In this document: positions 24,005 to 36,457 of the stretch, piece after piece | How the letters are laid out: the number at the start of each line of letters is the position of its first letter | Numbering within the stretch: the first letter of the stretch is position 1 | Source of the DNA: Oculina patagonica | Taxonomy: Eukaryota | Assembly: GCF_052425735.1 (NCBI RefSeq) | Contig: NC_135760.1 | Span: forward strand, 14,880,001-14,944,000 | Length of the DNA: 64,000 nt | Direction: 5' to 3' | Notes under the pieces: model-generated | Seen by the model: only the letters and a program-made list of their open reading frames with translations | What the model was told of the DNA's origin: nothing | The model's database searches: none | Translations under genes and position numbers: made by a program

Positions 24005-27000
24005 TCAGCAGACATCCAAAGACTGCTCAAACTGCTGCCTCTTTTCTTCTGAAAAAGTTTCTTGGACAAGGGTGCAGGCGCTGTTGTCATGGGAACGCCC
24101 AGTCATCAGTCGACACAGCATATTTTCACGACAGCTACCATCGCATGTTGAAGATGGTGCAGATTTCCAAAAATACCTATAACAGAACACAAGAACATTA
24201 AAAAAACAACAACAGCAACAACTTTAAAATACACAGCTTGACGACACTTCATTTAGGGATGGGCCATTTTTTGGAGGGGACGTTTTTTGGAGGGGGCAAT
24301 TTTTCTGAGCTCAATTTTTTTTTTGTCTTGTGTTTGTGCAAGAAGTCTTTTCACCTTTAGCTTGTGCTGCTTTATCTTTGGCTTGCTGTTTATGACATTT
24401 TTCTGTACTTTTGCTGTGCAGGAATTTTGTTCGGTTATTGTCCAGCCCCTCAAAAAATAACAATTGAATAAAATGGTCTGTCCCTAACGTTAGTAAATAC
24501 ATGAGCGTTCAACTGAAGATTCTGAAAAAACGATTGAAACAATTTTTGCTCAGAAAAAAAAAATCATTAGCTAGACAAGAAACCAGACAAACAAAAACAT
24601 CAATCTTTACAACAGTGTACAGAGAGATTAGTACATTAAAGTTCAGTGATGCTTCTGCGCCGGGTTGTGTTTAAGAATACACAGATATCGTTATTGTATT
24701 TTGCCGCCGAACATAAAGATTTCATACAAACTCTTAATGCACTGTACCTTGTCCTTGCTGTCACACTTACTTGTAGAATGTGTTAAACAGGGTTTGATTG
24801 CTTGCCATGCGATGTACCAAGTTGTTCCAATCTTCAGGTAAAAGTGACGGCATACCATAAGCGTCCTGAATGAACAAGTGATAACAAGGTCATGATGATA
24901 CATGAAATCAACATATGAACTGTAATATCGCGGTTACTGTTACTGTGGGTGCGTTAACTAGTGGGGAAGTTAAATGACTTGTCCCCCCTCCCCTCCCAAG
25001 TATCCCTAGATCAACAACTACAGCCAAATCAAAACACGTTGTTTGTACCTTGGCTGAATACTCCAGTTTCCATTGTACATTTCCTTTGTTTGCTTCAACA
25101 AGGTCCAGGATGTATGTTTCATGGTTCAGGACAACCTTTAGTAGAAAAAAACTCTGTCAGAGTAAGCTATGGCTGGTAGTTTCTTTGCTTAAGAAAATGT
25201 GGACTTCTTTTCAAGTTCTGGCAATGTACATGTTATTGTACCTAACGTAATGACAAAATGTAGTCTCTCGGAGAGCCTTGAACACTTATAGAGGCTCAGA
25301 TCAATAAGATGAGCAACTTTATTCCATGTTGAACCGTGTAGATCCACATGGCAAACATTCAAGGCATACAACTGAACTATTTTGTACAATACAACAGAGC
25401 CAATAAGACATGCAATCAGAACAAAAGGGGTTTGTGAGACAGGAAACACAATTACTTGTGTATGTCAAAGTTGCATTGCGATTTTCCAAAAGACGTTATT
25501 AGAAACTTAATGTGATCAACATACTGGTAGCCTCAAACTCACAGCCTTATAACAAGGGTTGGTGAAAATAGGGTTGTTGAAAATAAACACTTCTGAAAAA
25601 ACGCTCAATTGTTTGTTTGTTTGTTTTTTATTGATATCTAATTTATATTGTTATTTAGGAAAACAGTCCTTACCCTGGAGCTGTTTGCATAATCTCCATC
25701 AATTTCATAAATCCTGTAGCCTGGGTTGTGGCCTTGATAAGTGGTAACACTTGGTCCAATAAAGGCAATGCTGTCAACAACAACCACAACATCAAATGAG
25801 AAAGATACCAATACATCATAAACTAATCTGTTGCAGCCCTTTGTAGGGTCTGTCCATTTCAGGGGTTCAAGTTGGAAATATTGAGTTTGAGTTAAAATTA
25901 TGTTGAGTTACTGTTTTTAGCCTAAAAAATAACTCCAGTTAGTCTCAAAACCATTCAGGTTAGCCTAATTAGCACAACAGTTAGCCAGAATAGCAGTCCA
26001 GTTAGCCTCATTAGAATTAGGGTAATCAGGGCTGTTAGTTTGCTGAAGGCCTGTGTAGTTTGCGCTTCCCGAACGCGCGCTCAAAACCTACGCAGGCTAG
26101 TTAGCTGATGATAAAGGGAACAGTTCAATGTACTTTTTTTGGAACTTACTTTGTAGGTATTTTCCTTGTCTTCTCATCATAAAAGATTTCAAATTCATCA
26201 GCATGTGTGTGAGCAAAAAACTGTGCTGTTACAGTGCTCTGGTAACGGTTTATTATCTTGTAATAATTCCAACTCCACGGTTTGAGGCAATCAGAGCTTC
26301 CAGGAAGAATGTGCCCAATAATATGAACCTGTAAATACACATGCAATGTTGTTGGGATAACTTAATAAGTTACAGGCATTGTCATCGTCGTTTTCATCGT
26401 GGTCCTCGTCGTCGTCAACATCATTATAAATATGTGACAATAATGCATGATTGTAGCTTAATTATTGAGGTATTATATCAACAAACTTTACAAGTACCGG
26501 GTAATGATGTTTTAAATTTCATATTATTTTGTACACAGTATAGTGATATTGGCTTTTGAGAAGCAAACTTTTTAATTTCTTGTCCTAACAACATATTAGT
26601 ACTTTAAGGACTACTGTACACAGCAAAGCAGAATATGACTAGGATCAAACTTAACCCAGCCTCTACACCTACGTCTCATGCCAACACACTAACTACTAGG
26701 TTACTATACCTACTACAACTCAAAATGACATTACATTGCCACCTCCAACAAATTACCTTTAATAAGAGCTTAACAAATAACACCAACCTTTTCACCATTG
26801 TCTTCAGCTTCCTGTAATGTGTCTACCAACCACTGGAGTTGTTGAGCAGGGTCAACATTGTTGATTAAAAGCCACCTGAAAAACATTATCAAATTACTAC
26901 AAAAGCTAATTTAATTTAGAATATAATTACAAGTTTGCATTCAAGTGCATGGTCTTTAAAATATGTACATGCACAGTGCCGTAGCAAGGGTAAAATAAGT

Positions 27001-30000
27001 GGGGGGGCACACGAGCGCCGGAGGCGCCAGCCGCTAGGGGGGTTTGGGGGCATGCTCCCCCCGAAAATTTTGAAATCTAGAGGCTTGGAAATGCTAATTC
27101 CAGCGTTCTCTTAGAGCTAGTTGTGATTTACGCATATCGCAAATTTGAGACATTTTTGAGACATTTTGACTTTTTTGCGACATTTTGAGACACTTTTTTC
27201 ACATTGTTGTCACGATTTCTGAATTGTTTTAGTTTTTGGCTGTTTAATATTGTTGTGCATCTTCCTATGTACATTGAAAATAAAAAGAAGTACAAATGTT
27301 ATTGTTTCAAACTTCTCGGGAGATTATATTTTATTTTCAACATTTTAAACAGGTCTGTTTTTTACTTTTTGGGAAAAAAACTGGGGGGGCACGGGCCCCC
27401 CCGGCCCCTCCCCTTGCTACGGCACTGCATGCATGACTTAACACTTGATGAAGAATACTACAACTGTCAGTACGGTTAGACTAGGTTAATAGCTACACTG
27501 GGATATGGAAGCAAACATCTCAAACAAATCACTCTACAAACTAAAACAACAACAACAACAACAAAATAACAGTAAACATACCAGTTCATATTATTGCAGT
27601 AGTTCATGTTGAGTGAGACTATTCTAAATCCTTTTGACAAATACACTGTGTAGTAACCTCCCCTAAAATAAAATAAAAATAAATAAATAAACTGATTTGT
27701 GACACATGTATATGTTATGGTTTAATTTTATATTTGGTTTAAAATTTTTCAAACCAGTTTGATTTTTATTTTCTTTTGTCTCCTATTCATTATCATAATC
27801 TGAAACAAAGGAAAATAAAAATCAAACTGGTTTGAAAAATTTTAAACCAAATAAAAAATTAAACCACAACATATACATAACTACTTAGTGGTTAAAGTTA
27901 GAGTTTCCATACATCAAGTATATATTCCGTTTAACAAGACCCATGCCACTGGAGCTACATGTTGCATCCAAACCCTGGATGGGATTGTCGTCAGATTGTC
28001 TTACTCCAGATTGCCAGTACCTGCTTATACTCCTGGGTGGAGACAGGCACTGAAAAGAATACAGTGTCTTTTCAGAGAACCCAACAGTCTATGATCCTAG
28101 CAAGCACTACAACATTTGTCCCTCTTAGCCGGCAGAGCCTGTGGCTCTGGGGACACATGATTTGATTGGCTAGATTTTAACAAAGGGAGTTTCAAACCTG
28201 GCCAATCAAATCAACCATTTTAAACTCTCGTATAACAAAGGGATTTTAAAATGGTTCATTATTTTATTGGCTGGTCTTTTTGTTAAAATCCAGCCAATCA
28301 AATCATGTGTCCCCAGAGCCACTTGTTTCTCATGCACAGGATCTGCCGGCTAAGAGGGACAAGCGGCTACAGTGAGGAGAATGGCACTACAATCCAGACT
28401 GCCTGGTCTTTTCAGTCTGGCATTTGGTTTGTGACAAGTAAATGCATTTTGTATGGACTACTGGAAATGCCCAGCAAGGTTAATGAAAAATGTGCCTGTA
28501 AATGACAGCAATGATTAGAGGGTAGCAAAGGGGGTGTCGTGATCACATACAAATTTTAACCAAATTCACGCATCACGTATACTTGAAACAGCAAAATTCA
28601 CAAATCATGTGTCTTTTCTAGCTATTTTTTCACGCGTCATGGTATAATTTTTGCCCTATTTCCACACGTCACAGACTAATTTTTGCCCTTTTCGCGTGTC
28701 ATAGACAAATTTTTGCCCTATTTTAACAAGTCACAGACTAATTTTTGCCCTTTTCACATGTCATGGACAAATTATTTGCCCTATTCCCACACGATTACAA
28801 TGATCAATTTTTGCCCTTTTAAGGTGTATGGACAAGTTTTTGCATCTATTTCCACACGTCACAGACTAATTCTTGCCCTTTTCGCGTGATCATGGACTAA
28901 TTTTTGCCTATTTCCACACGTCACAGACTTAATTTGCGCCCTTTTCACGTGTGAGGGAAAGCTATGTTTGCCCTATTTACACACGCAAAGACGTAACTGA
29001 CAAGGCTCCTTTTCGCGTGTCATGGACAAATTATTGCCCTATTATCGGACACTCACAGACTAATGTTATTAACGCCCATTTCAAACATGTCACGCATAAT
29101 TTCATTTGCTATCCTCTAATTAAATGATCAACTTACTTGTAAACTGTAGGCAAGGCATCATTTGGAGCCAGATCTTCCAGTGATCTGCTAAAGTATCTCT
29201 CAACCACTGATTTGAATTGGCACCCGTGATGAATGGTGGGGGAAAGCTGTGTGATGAGAAACATAAAGACGTCGACTGATAAGGCTCCTTGACTCTACAT
29301 GTAGAAATAAGTGTGCTAACCAGCAACACAAGTTACTCTTAACTGTAGAGATAAGGCACTCCTCACTAGAATTGGACATACTCTCCCAATACTTTTTGAA
29401 AACAAACCACAAAATAATTTAAATTAGTTAATTTGGGCAATGTAGAACGTATCAAAGCAATATTACTGTATCTCTACAAATTAGTGTCACTTCGCTTCAC
29501 TAGACATTTAAAAGCATCTTAAGGTACATTGTTTACTGTCGCAGTTTTTTTTTTCTGCTTTGGCCATTGCCAAACATGTACATTCAAAATTATTATTTGA
29601 AACTAACCTATTCACTGGGGCACCCTCGTGATTTCCAACTGCAGGGAACACTTTAACTCCTGGCAGATATTTTAGAATCAGCTTGATAGCATACTCTATG
29701 GCCTCTTTCTGCAAGACAAAATCATGATTCAACTTTCATACTCATTATTCCAAAAAATTACAAAACTGCTACATTTACTATACATCAGGCAAGGATAGAC
29801 ATCTATTAACCTAAATCAATCCTCCCAGGTTATACAAATGTAGTTGGTTGTTTTTATGTTGATGATTGGATCATAGATGGATAGTGATTCATTCTGGTCA
29901 AAGTTTCACCCCATCTTTTGAACAACAGCAGTTTGTCTGGGCTGCAAATACAAGCCTCCTATACCAACACTACCCTTCTAATTATAGAGAGCTGAGCTAA

Positions 30001-32900
30001 AAAAAAAACATGTATTTTAAACAATCTTGATCATTTTGAATTGACCAGGTTTGGGCTATTTGCCTTTATTACAAACAGAATATATTGTTTAAGAAAATTA
30101 TCATACCCCTCCACAGAAGCTTTCTGCTTTGAACTCCCCCCCCCCCCCAATATGGAAATCCCAACTTAGCTTAGATAAGATAAGATAACTTTATCAGTAT
30201 ACTTTCTTTCATATCTAGTCTATGTACAAGTAGTATTTCCAAGACCCTGTAAACTGCACCTGATCTGAACGGGACTGGTTCCAAATGTTGTGTGCGGGAA
30301 TGTCTCCTGTCCAGAGGACATAATCAATATCCTGTACAACAGCAAACAAAATAGTTGAGTAACCTTATGTTTGATTGCGTTTACCTTATTGTGAGCACAT
30401 GCATGTGTAAAATTAAGAATTTATTGTGCTTGAAATTAAACCCACTAACCCAGGCTTGAGCAGCAAACTATGTACAGTTTACAGAACAACCTACTTCAAA
30501 AAAAAAAAAACACCTTCGGACGTGGAAAAGTGTTTGCTTAGGAGATCAGAAGTGTCCACTTATGGGAGGCTAAAATGTGGTGTTTGTATGTAGCTGGGAC
30601 CATGACTTAGTGTCTGCTTAGGAGAAGTGTCTGTGGACTCGAGGGAGGTTAAAAATGCAGGGTTTACAAGTATGTGACTGGGACCATAACTGAGTGTCTG
30701 CTTGCATAAGTAAAACTTTTTTTTAAATTTTTTTCTTCCTTTTTGTAGTAGGCCACCTACGGGAGGTATCCGTTAGTGGGAGGTGAGACTGTAGTGATTC
30801 AGTACCTGAATCTACATGTACAATCAGTACATTGCCACTGGGAACTATTTGTGACCCAGGCTTTAATCAACAAAATATGGTATGGTTATTATTACCTGTG
30901 TATGTGTGGTGTTGATATGCTGGAGCATACTCTCGAATGTTATTGGTGGAATATCACATGAATAGTCTCCGTATTTCCCTGCTTTTTGTTGTCCAGGTGC
31001 TGTCAGAAACAAAACAACATGGAAACATAATTTTATCCTTCCAGCAGCAGTTGCTCTAGCCATTCTCTCACAACACAAAGTATAAAGCAAGCCCAACAAT
31101 AGCGGCTTATGATTGGAAAACTAATGTCCTTCTATCATAATCAGTAGGCTTTTTTTAAGGGGGGGGGGGAGCTTCTTCTTTTTGTTGGTGGGGGAAGCTT
31201 ATACAAATCATAATGTAATAAAACATACATACCAGGAGGGTTGTCATTTTTGCGGCAACACAGCGGCTCACCACAGTGTGGGTTGCCTCCTTCTTCATAT
31301 AGGTGATCAAGATGGACATCAGAGAATTGCAGGACACGGGAGACTGGTGAGCCAGGCTGAAATAGAAATTCAAGCTTAACTTGTTATTTACTTGACAAAA
31401 TGTTTTCTTATGTTTGTCTCTTTTGGATTGGACTTTTAACATGTGCTAATCAATTGGAACAAAGATGTATTTTTCTTGTAGAAGTTTGTACCTTCGAGTT
31501 GCCGAGGGTAATTGCATTGTTCCAGAAAATATCCATACCCCTCCCAGGGAAGGTGTTTTTGTTTGAATCCCCCACCCCTCCAGAAATTCCAGTAAAGCTC
31601 CATCTTTTGTGTTTAAAATTTTGGCTTTTGAGACCTCCCATCCCCTCAGAATTTCCAGTGACCTTCCAAGGGGTGGGTACGGATATTTTCTGGCACTGCA
31701 CAGTAACCCTCTGTATGCAATATTAACAAAGTAGCGGCAACAGCAACCCTTGGTTGAGATTTGAACTTCCAAGCTTCTGTCAATTGTTATTGAAAACTGC
31801 TTAAATTTAAAGTACAGACCGAGAGGGGACAAAAAGGGAGGGGGAGGGGGGAGGGGAAGGGGACAAAAACGGAGCGAAGCGAGGTTCAACGTATTTTATG
31901 CATTTGACCTTGGAAATTTTCCACTAGAAAACAATTTCCAGAAATGTCCTTGAATTGCCTAACAGATCTCATTTGTCATGCTAGAAACATGACACTAACT
32001 ACACTGAGTCCCTTTAAACTTTTTTGGTGATCTACATGTAAAGCTTAATGTTTCTCCTGACTCCAGACAACATATATATATAAAGGAAGTCGTAATGTAG
32101 ACTATGCTACTGCCTTTGGTGTATTGCATAATTCTCATAACAAACATTAAGAGCGGTGTAAGGCCGTCAGATTTGGGCAAATATAATTAAGCTAATAGTT
32201 TTGTGTTGTGAGAAGGCATGCAGATATTGGAATCAACACATGCTTCAAGTCACGAGATATCAGTCTCGCTCCAGTCACCTGATTTGGAAATTTAATCGTC
32301 TGTAACAAGAGTACTTCACTTTCATGACAAACATTAAGAGTGATTTTGGTTTTTTTTTTTTTTTTTTAATACATCCAAAGTCTTTTATGTTTAGGGAGGC
32401 ATAAAAATTAAAATAATAGAAATGTAGTTACTCACTTTTGGTGGTGGGATAGGTTTGACAGGCGGCTTTTTCTCAGGCAACGTTATATTCCAAAATTTGT
32501 CAGGATCTCTTTTGTGAGCGCAGGTTGGACCCAGCAGGCTACCGCAAACTTCCGAAGGACTCAGGAAGACTTTGTCGGCCACTGTCAACACTTCGTTTCG
32601 AAATTCTGTTATGACCTCGTTACAAACTCGACTGTCCTCTATCTTGAGCTCTTTACAGATCACTCGTGCCTCGTAAGTTATATCAGCTTCTGATTTGTTC
32701 GTCACGAATGCAGTTTGAGCCAGAAACGTTATCAGCTTACAAGCGTCGCAAGTGCCCTTCGCCAAGATTTTGTTGCGTATCTCGCTTTCCAATCGCTCCA
32801 ACCAAGCTGTAAAACCATTTTCCTTCTCAACTGGCTTCGTAAATGAGCACACGGAGAAGGAAAGAACAAGAAGACACACTAATAAAGATTTAGAAGCCAT
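24005..32900 (-). CDS. SMPD1: Acid sphingomyelinase (signal peptide, saposin B, metallophosphoesterase), about 591 aa; 1-nt frameshift in exon 6 as assembled
   Basis: 13 exons: 32436-32900, 31233-31356, 30896-30999, 30260-30331, 29608-29708, 29137-29246, 27582-27662, 26788-26875, 26150-26328, 25674-25770, 25049-25135, 24771-24865, 24005-24176. Motifs [46 protein letters not shown]; C-terminal Cys. Confidence 0.95.
24253..24487. mobile_element. MITE (same family as 9227-9836)
   Basis: ttagggatgggccattt / aaatggtctgtccctaa. Confidence 0.65.
26974..27427. mobile_element. MITE with 6-bp TSD
   Basis: catgca|cagtgccgtagcaaggg ... cccttgctacggcactg|catgca. Confidence 0.8.
27709..27874. repeat. AT-rich foldback element
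   Basis: Long inverted arms tatatgttatggtttaatttt... / ...aaaattaaaccacaacatata. Confidence 0.75.
28113..28383. mobile_element. Foldback MITE with 9-bp TSD
   Basis: ttgtccctcttagccggcaga / tctgccggctaagagggacaa plus inner inverted arms; gcactacaa duplicated at 28104-28112 and 28384-28392. Confidence 0.8.
28516..29118. mobile_element. MITE carrying an internal ~30-bp tandem array
   Basis: TIR tagagggtagcaaa / tttgctatcctcta; repeated ttttgcccta/ttttcrcrtgtcayrgachaa units. Confidence 0.75.
31515..31701. mobile_element. MITE
   Basis: ccagaaaatatccataccc / gggtacggatattttctgg inverted ends. Confidence 0.6.
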
Positions 32901-33021
32901 GATGACTCCAGCGAGCGGCACAAAAAATGTGAAAGCTCGTTCGAAACTACAAGCAGCGACACCTCACCAGCAAGCGATGCCACTGTGTGGGAGTCGTGGA
33001 GGTGTGTTTGATCGTACGATT

Positions 33022-33031
33022 GTCACGTGAC
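33022..33031. promoter_or_regulatory. CLEAR element (MiT/TFE binding site) upstream of SMPD1
   Basis: Perfect palindrome GTCACGTGAC 122 bp upstream of the ATG of a lysosomal hydrolase. Confidence 0.7.
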
Positions 33032-33152
33032 TAAACAAACTTGTGCCCGCACTCCTCCGTGCGTCCCGTCTGGTAAGTATGTGGTGTAACAATCCTGATA
33101 TGTGTAATGTCATATGTGTAATGAAAAAGGAAATGATTAAAAAAAAAAAGAA

Positions 33153-33188
33153 ACCAGAGGTTTCGGGCAATACTCCTTCTTCGGTGGT
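33153..33188 (-). ncRNA. Minimal type I hammerhead-like motif (Penelope-associated type), core variant
   Basis: Minus strand acca-CCGAAGA-aggagtattgccc-GAAAC-CTC-tggt; stem I acca/tggt; C in place of U4. Confidence 0.5.
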
Positions 33189-34529
33189 AAATAACGTTGC
33201 CAAAGAAAACGCGACAAGCCTAGCATTTAAAACTAACATGCAAAATCTGATTCCACGATGACGAATTTGTGGAAGCAGACTTTGCTGCGAAAACAACATG
33301 AACCGGAAGCGACAGTCAGGACTCAGGAGATGCGAATGATCTTCAGACTGGGCACTGTGCGACCACGCGGGGTGAACATAAACTTTGCCCTCATTTGAAC
33401 TGCACGCGCGCCTCTGCGCGCGCGTGCTGGATTTGACTTTGAACGCTATTTTTTCGACGTTTTTGCTTGTTAAGCAAAAATGGTAGAATAGGGGTTAGTA
33501 GACAAAATTTGGATCCACATATTTGTAAACTCTCAAGGGACTTTTTTAATTTCTCAAGGGACTGTTTTAATTTCTCAAGGGATTACTTTCCGCTGTGGGT
33601 GATCACTTGCGATTTCGTGGAAAAAACGTGACTTGTCACATTTACAAACGTTATATAACAATTTTAAAAGTGACATGTCAGCTTTCTTATCTCAACGCAC
33701 GTGTGTCTGAAAGGCGATCTATAAAAAGCGTCGCACAAACAATGGATTGCGTAACTAAAACACGAATAAATAATCACTAGCACTTACATCGCGTTGAGAG
33801 CAATGTTGCATGAATCGGCTTTACAACACGCGATAGTATCTACGCAGTCCGAGTGGAATTTCAGTCAAAGACAGCAAAATTCTTTCGTATTTCATCTTCA
33901 AATATAATTCGAAAGCATTCACTGTATATGTGGCTTTTGTTTAATCCTGGGTCTTGATATCCGACCCTCGCCGAGCCTAGACAAAACGCAGCTTGAGTGT
34001 AACGATTTGTTTACGCAATGTTTTCTCCGACAGTAGTCGGAAATATCCGTATTTTTTTCGTGCTTTTTCATGGAGCAATCGTAACGACACGGCCTTGAAC
34101 ACATTGAACGGCGGTCTACCTATAACAATTCAAATATAGCGTCGCAAAAACAAAGCGTCGAACGCATATTTTGCTGTTTCATTTGCTAATTTCGCTGCCG
34201 TAATCGACTGCCTCGAAAGGTCCTTGCAGTTTTAAAGTATAGAATTGTCAGATCTCGCTGAAATTTGCACTGTTTATTTGTGTAATGTTAAGGAATATGT
34301 GTATAAATACCCGGCGCGAACGAGCCATTTTTGACAAAATTATATGGCTGCATTTCCTCCGCGAAGATAGGAAATTGTTAAATTAAACTACAAAGAAACT
34401 GTAATGATAAGTTCGAAGAACAATGCACAGGATAAACCTTCGACTCATACTTCATGCAAAAACGTCGATATCTCGAAGAGACTTTGATTAAATGCTAGTT
34501 TTGTCGCGTTTTCTTTTGCAACGTCATTT

Positions 34530-34572
34530 ACCATCGCGTACCGAAGAGGGGTTATTGCCCGAAACGTCTGGT
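34530..34572 (+). ncRNA. Minimal type I hammerhead-like motif, inverted partner of 33153-33188
   Basis: acca(tcgcgta)-CCGAAGA-ggggttattgccc-GAAAC-GTC-tggt, inside a ~100-bp inverted repeat (33130-33230 / 34489-34597). Confidence 0.55.
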
Positions 34573-35443
34573 TTCTTTCTTTTTTTTAATCATTTTTTGA
34601 CACTTTCCATACCTAGTTTATTTCACTTTTAATTTTTTTAGTGCCACGCAGTATTTGGAACTTTTTTTCTTATTATCCGACGAAGTAACAGTAGTAGTAT
34701 ATCTCTATCACAGCCCTACTTATAGACAGACACAGCCATATGGCTTTACACAATAACTAAGGCCCCATTTACATGGAAAGAGGATGATCCTAACACTAGG
34801 ATCACATTCTTCCCATGTAAAATAGAATGATTCTAATGCTAGGGTCATCCTAGTACTAGGATCACCCGAGCGCGTTATGTTTTCAGCTTTCAGTTTACAT
34901 GCGAACGGTTGCATTTGGCCCTATAAACGCTAGGATCATCCTTGCAGTAGGGACAGGAAGGGCGCTAAGCTTTGTCCTGAATCTCTGCAAAAAAGGTTGA
35001 TAAACTCGTTTGGACATCAGTGGTGCCCTTGGAGTGGAACAGCTCAGAACGATGGAGAGAGAGGTGGGTAAAATCACGTGTCATGGCGAACCCTAGGCTG
35101 CGAGCAGGCACTCTGCGGGTGCACCGCGCCAGCTGGCAGCCACGAGCTGAATTCCTAGAGCTATCTGAGAGGTAGGATGATCCTACCATGGAAAAACGAG
35201 GAAACAATTATGGAATCATGTTTCCTCATTCCCTTCCCGTGTTTATACGTCGGCTCAAAAGTGACCTTTACTAATCAAGTGTGTCACTGACTTGCTATTC
35301 ATTCTCAACTGGGATGGATCAAGTAAAAGTTGATCGAGGTAATTTTACGAGAGAGGCTTGTTACAAATGACTTAAGTAATTGTAATATATAGAAAAGGTA
35401 AACAATAACACATCAGCCGATTATTTAATTTTTTGTCTACGTT

Positions 35444-35869
35444 CCCGGGGAAGGTACTCGGTATATTTTTGGGTGGGGGTTTGCCGTTGGGACTCTAGCA
35501 CCCTTACCCTATACCAAAATTAACCATGTTCAACTGATTTTGCAACCCTATATTAGACTAGACACCGAAAATCACCACCCTATCCCAGACTTGCTTTTCT
35601 TTTAATGGCAAGCCATCTGTCAACAACGTTGCCGCGATGATTTTATTTACGTTTAGAAAAGGCTCTTTTTCTTCCGAGTTTCTATTCCTATTTTGCACTT
35701 AATTCTTCATATACCACTGATCAGTTTTCCGGCAAATGATACCCTATTCTAGACCAAAACTCTCTGATTTCTATACCCCAGACTAAACTGCTTGAGAACC
35801 ATACCCTTCACAGCGGCACATACCTATATAGCTCATATATGGGAGTGCCCCCCCCCCCCCCCCAACCCG
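35444..35869. mobile_element. MITE, CCCGGGG...TACTC family
   Basis: cccggggaaggtactc / gagtgccccc...cccg; TSD gtctacgtt/gtctacgct. Confidence 0.7.
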
Positions 35870-36457
35870 GTCTACGCTATATTTTAGCTAATGTTCAGCT
35901 CTTGTGACTTTACTGGTGAATGATAAATAACCTGCCGTTTTATGTAATTAGACATTCAATGTTTGCCAACACCTGCAGCAGAACCATTGCCAATAGACCA
36001 TATTCACGATAGCCGCCATGATGGTTTTTGTACTACAACGCAAAAGACTTGTTAACTTCGCAAGCCATTTTCTTTTAAGGAAAGCGCCGAAATGGCGTAA
36101 AAGTAAAAATATGTTTACCACACTGTTGATACTGAAACCAAAGCATGGCAGGAAAGCATTTTCAGACATAACGAGAAACCAGCTGAAATTTGTCGACAAG
36201 TTTTAAGCTTGTTTGCCCTCTCAGAAATCACGTGTCTACATAATTTGCATTATATAAACGTGTAAACAACCTTGGCGGCTCTCGTGAAAAAGGCTTATTG
36301 CTTCAATATTACCAGGAATTTTTAATTAGCTCTGGGCATAATTTCAACCATTTATATTCAAAGCCCTAGCGTCACCAAGAGAACTAACGTTAGGAAAACA
36401 CTGCAAAGCGGAAATGTCTCTTGATATCTCTGAAATTCAAGATTGAGGCGATCTAAA

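Noticed and set aside
28620-29100. CRISPR-like ~30-bp periodic array
   Set aside because: No unique spacers, no cas genes, eukaryotic intron; it is the internal tandem array of a MITE.
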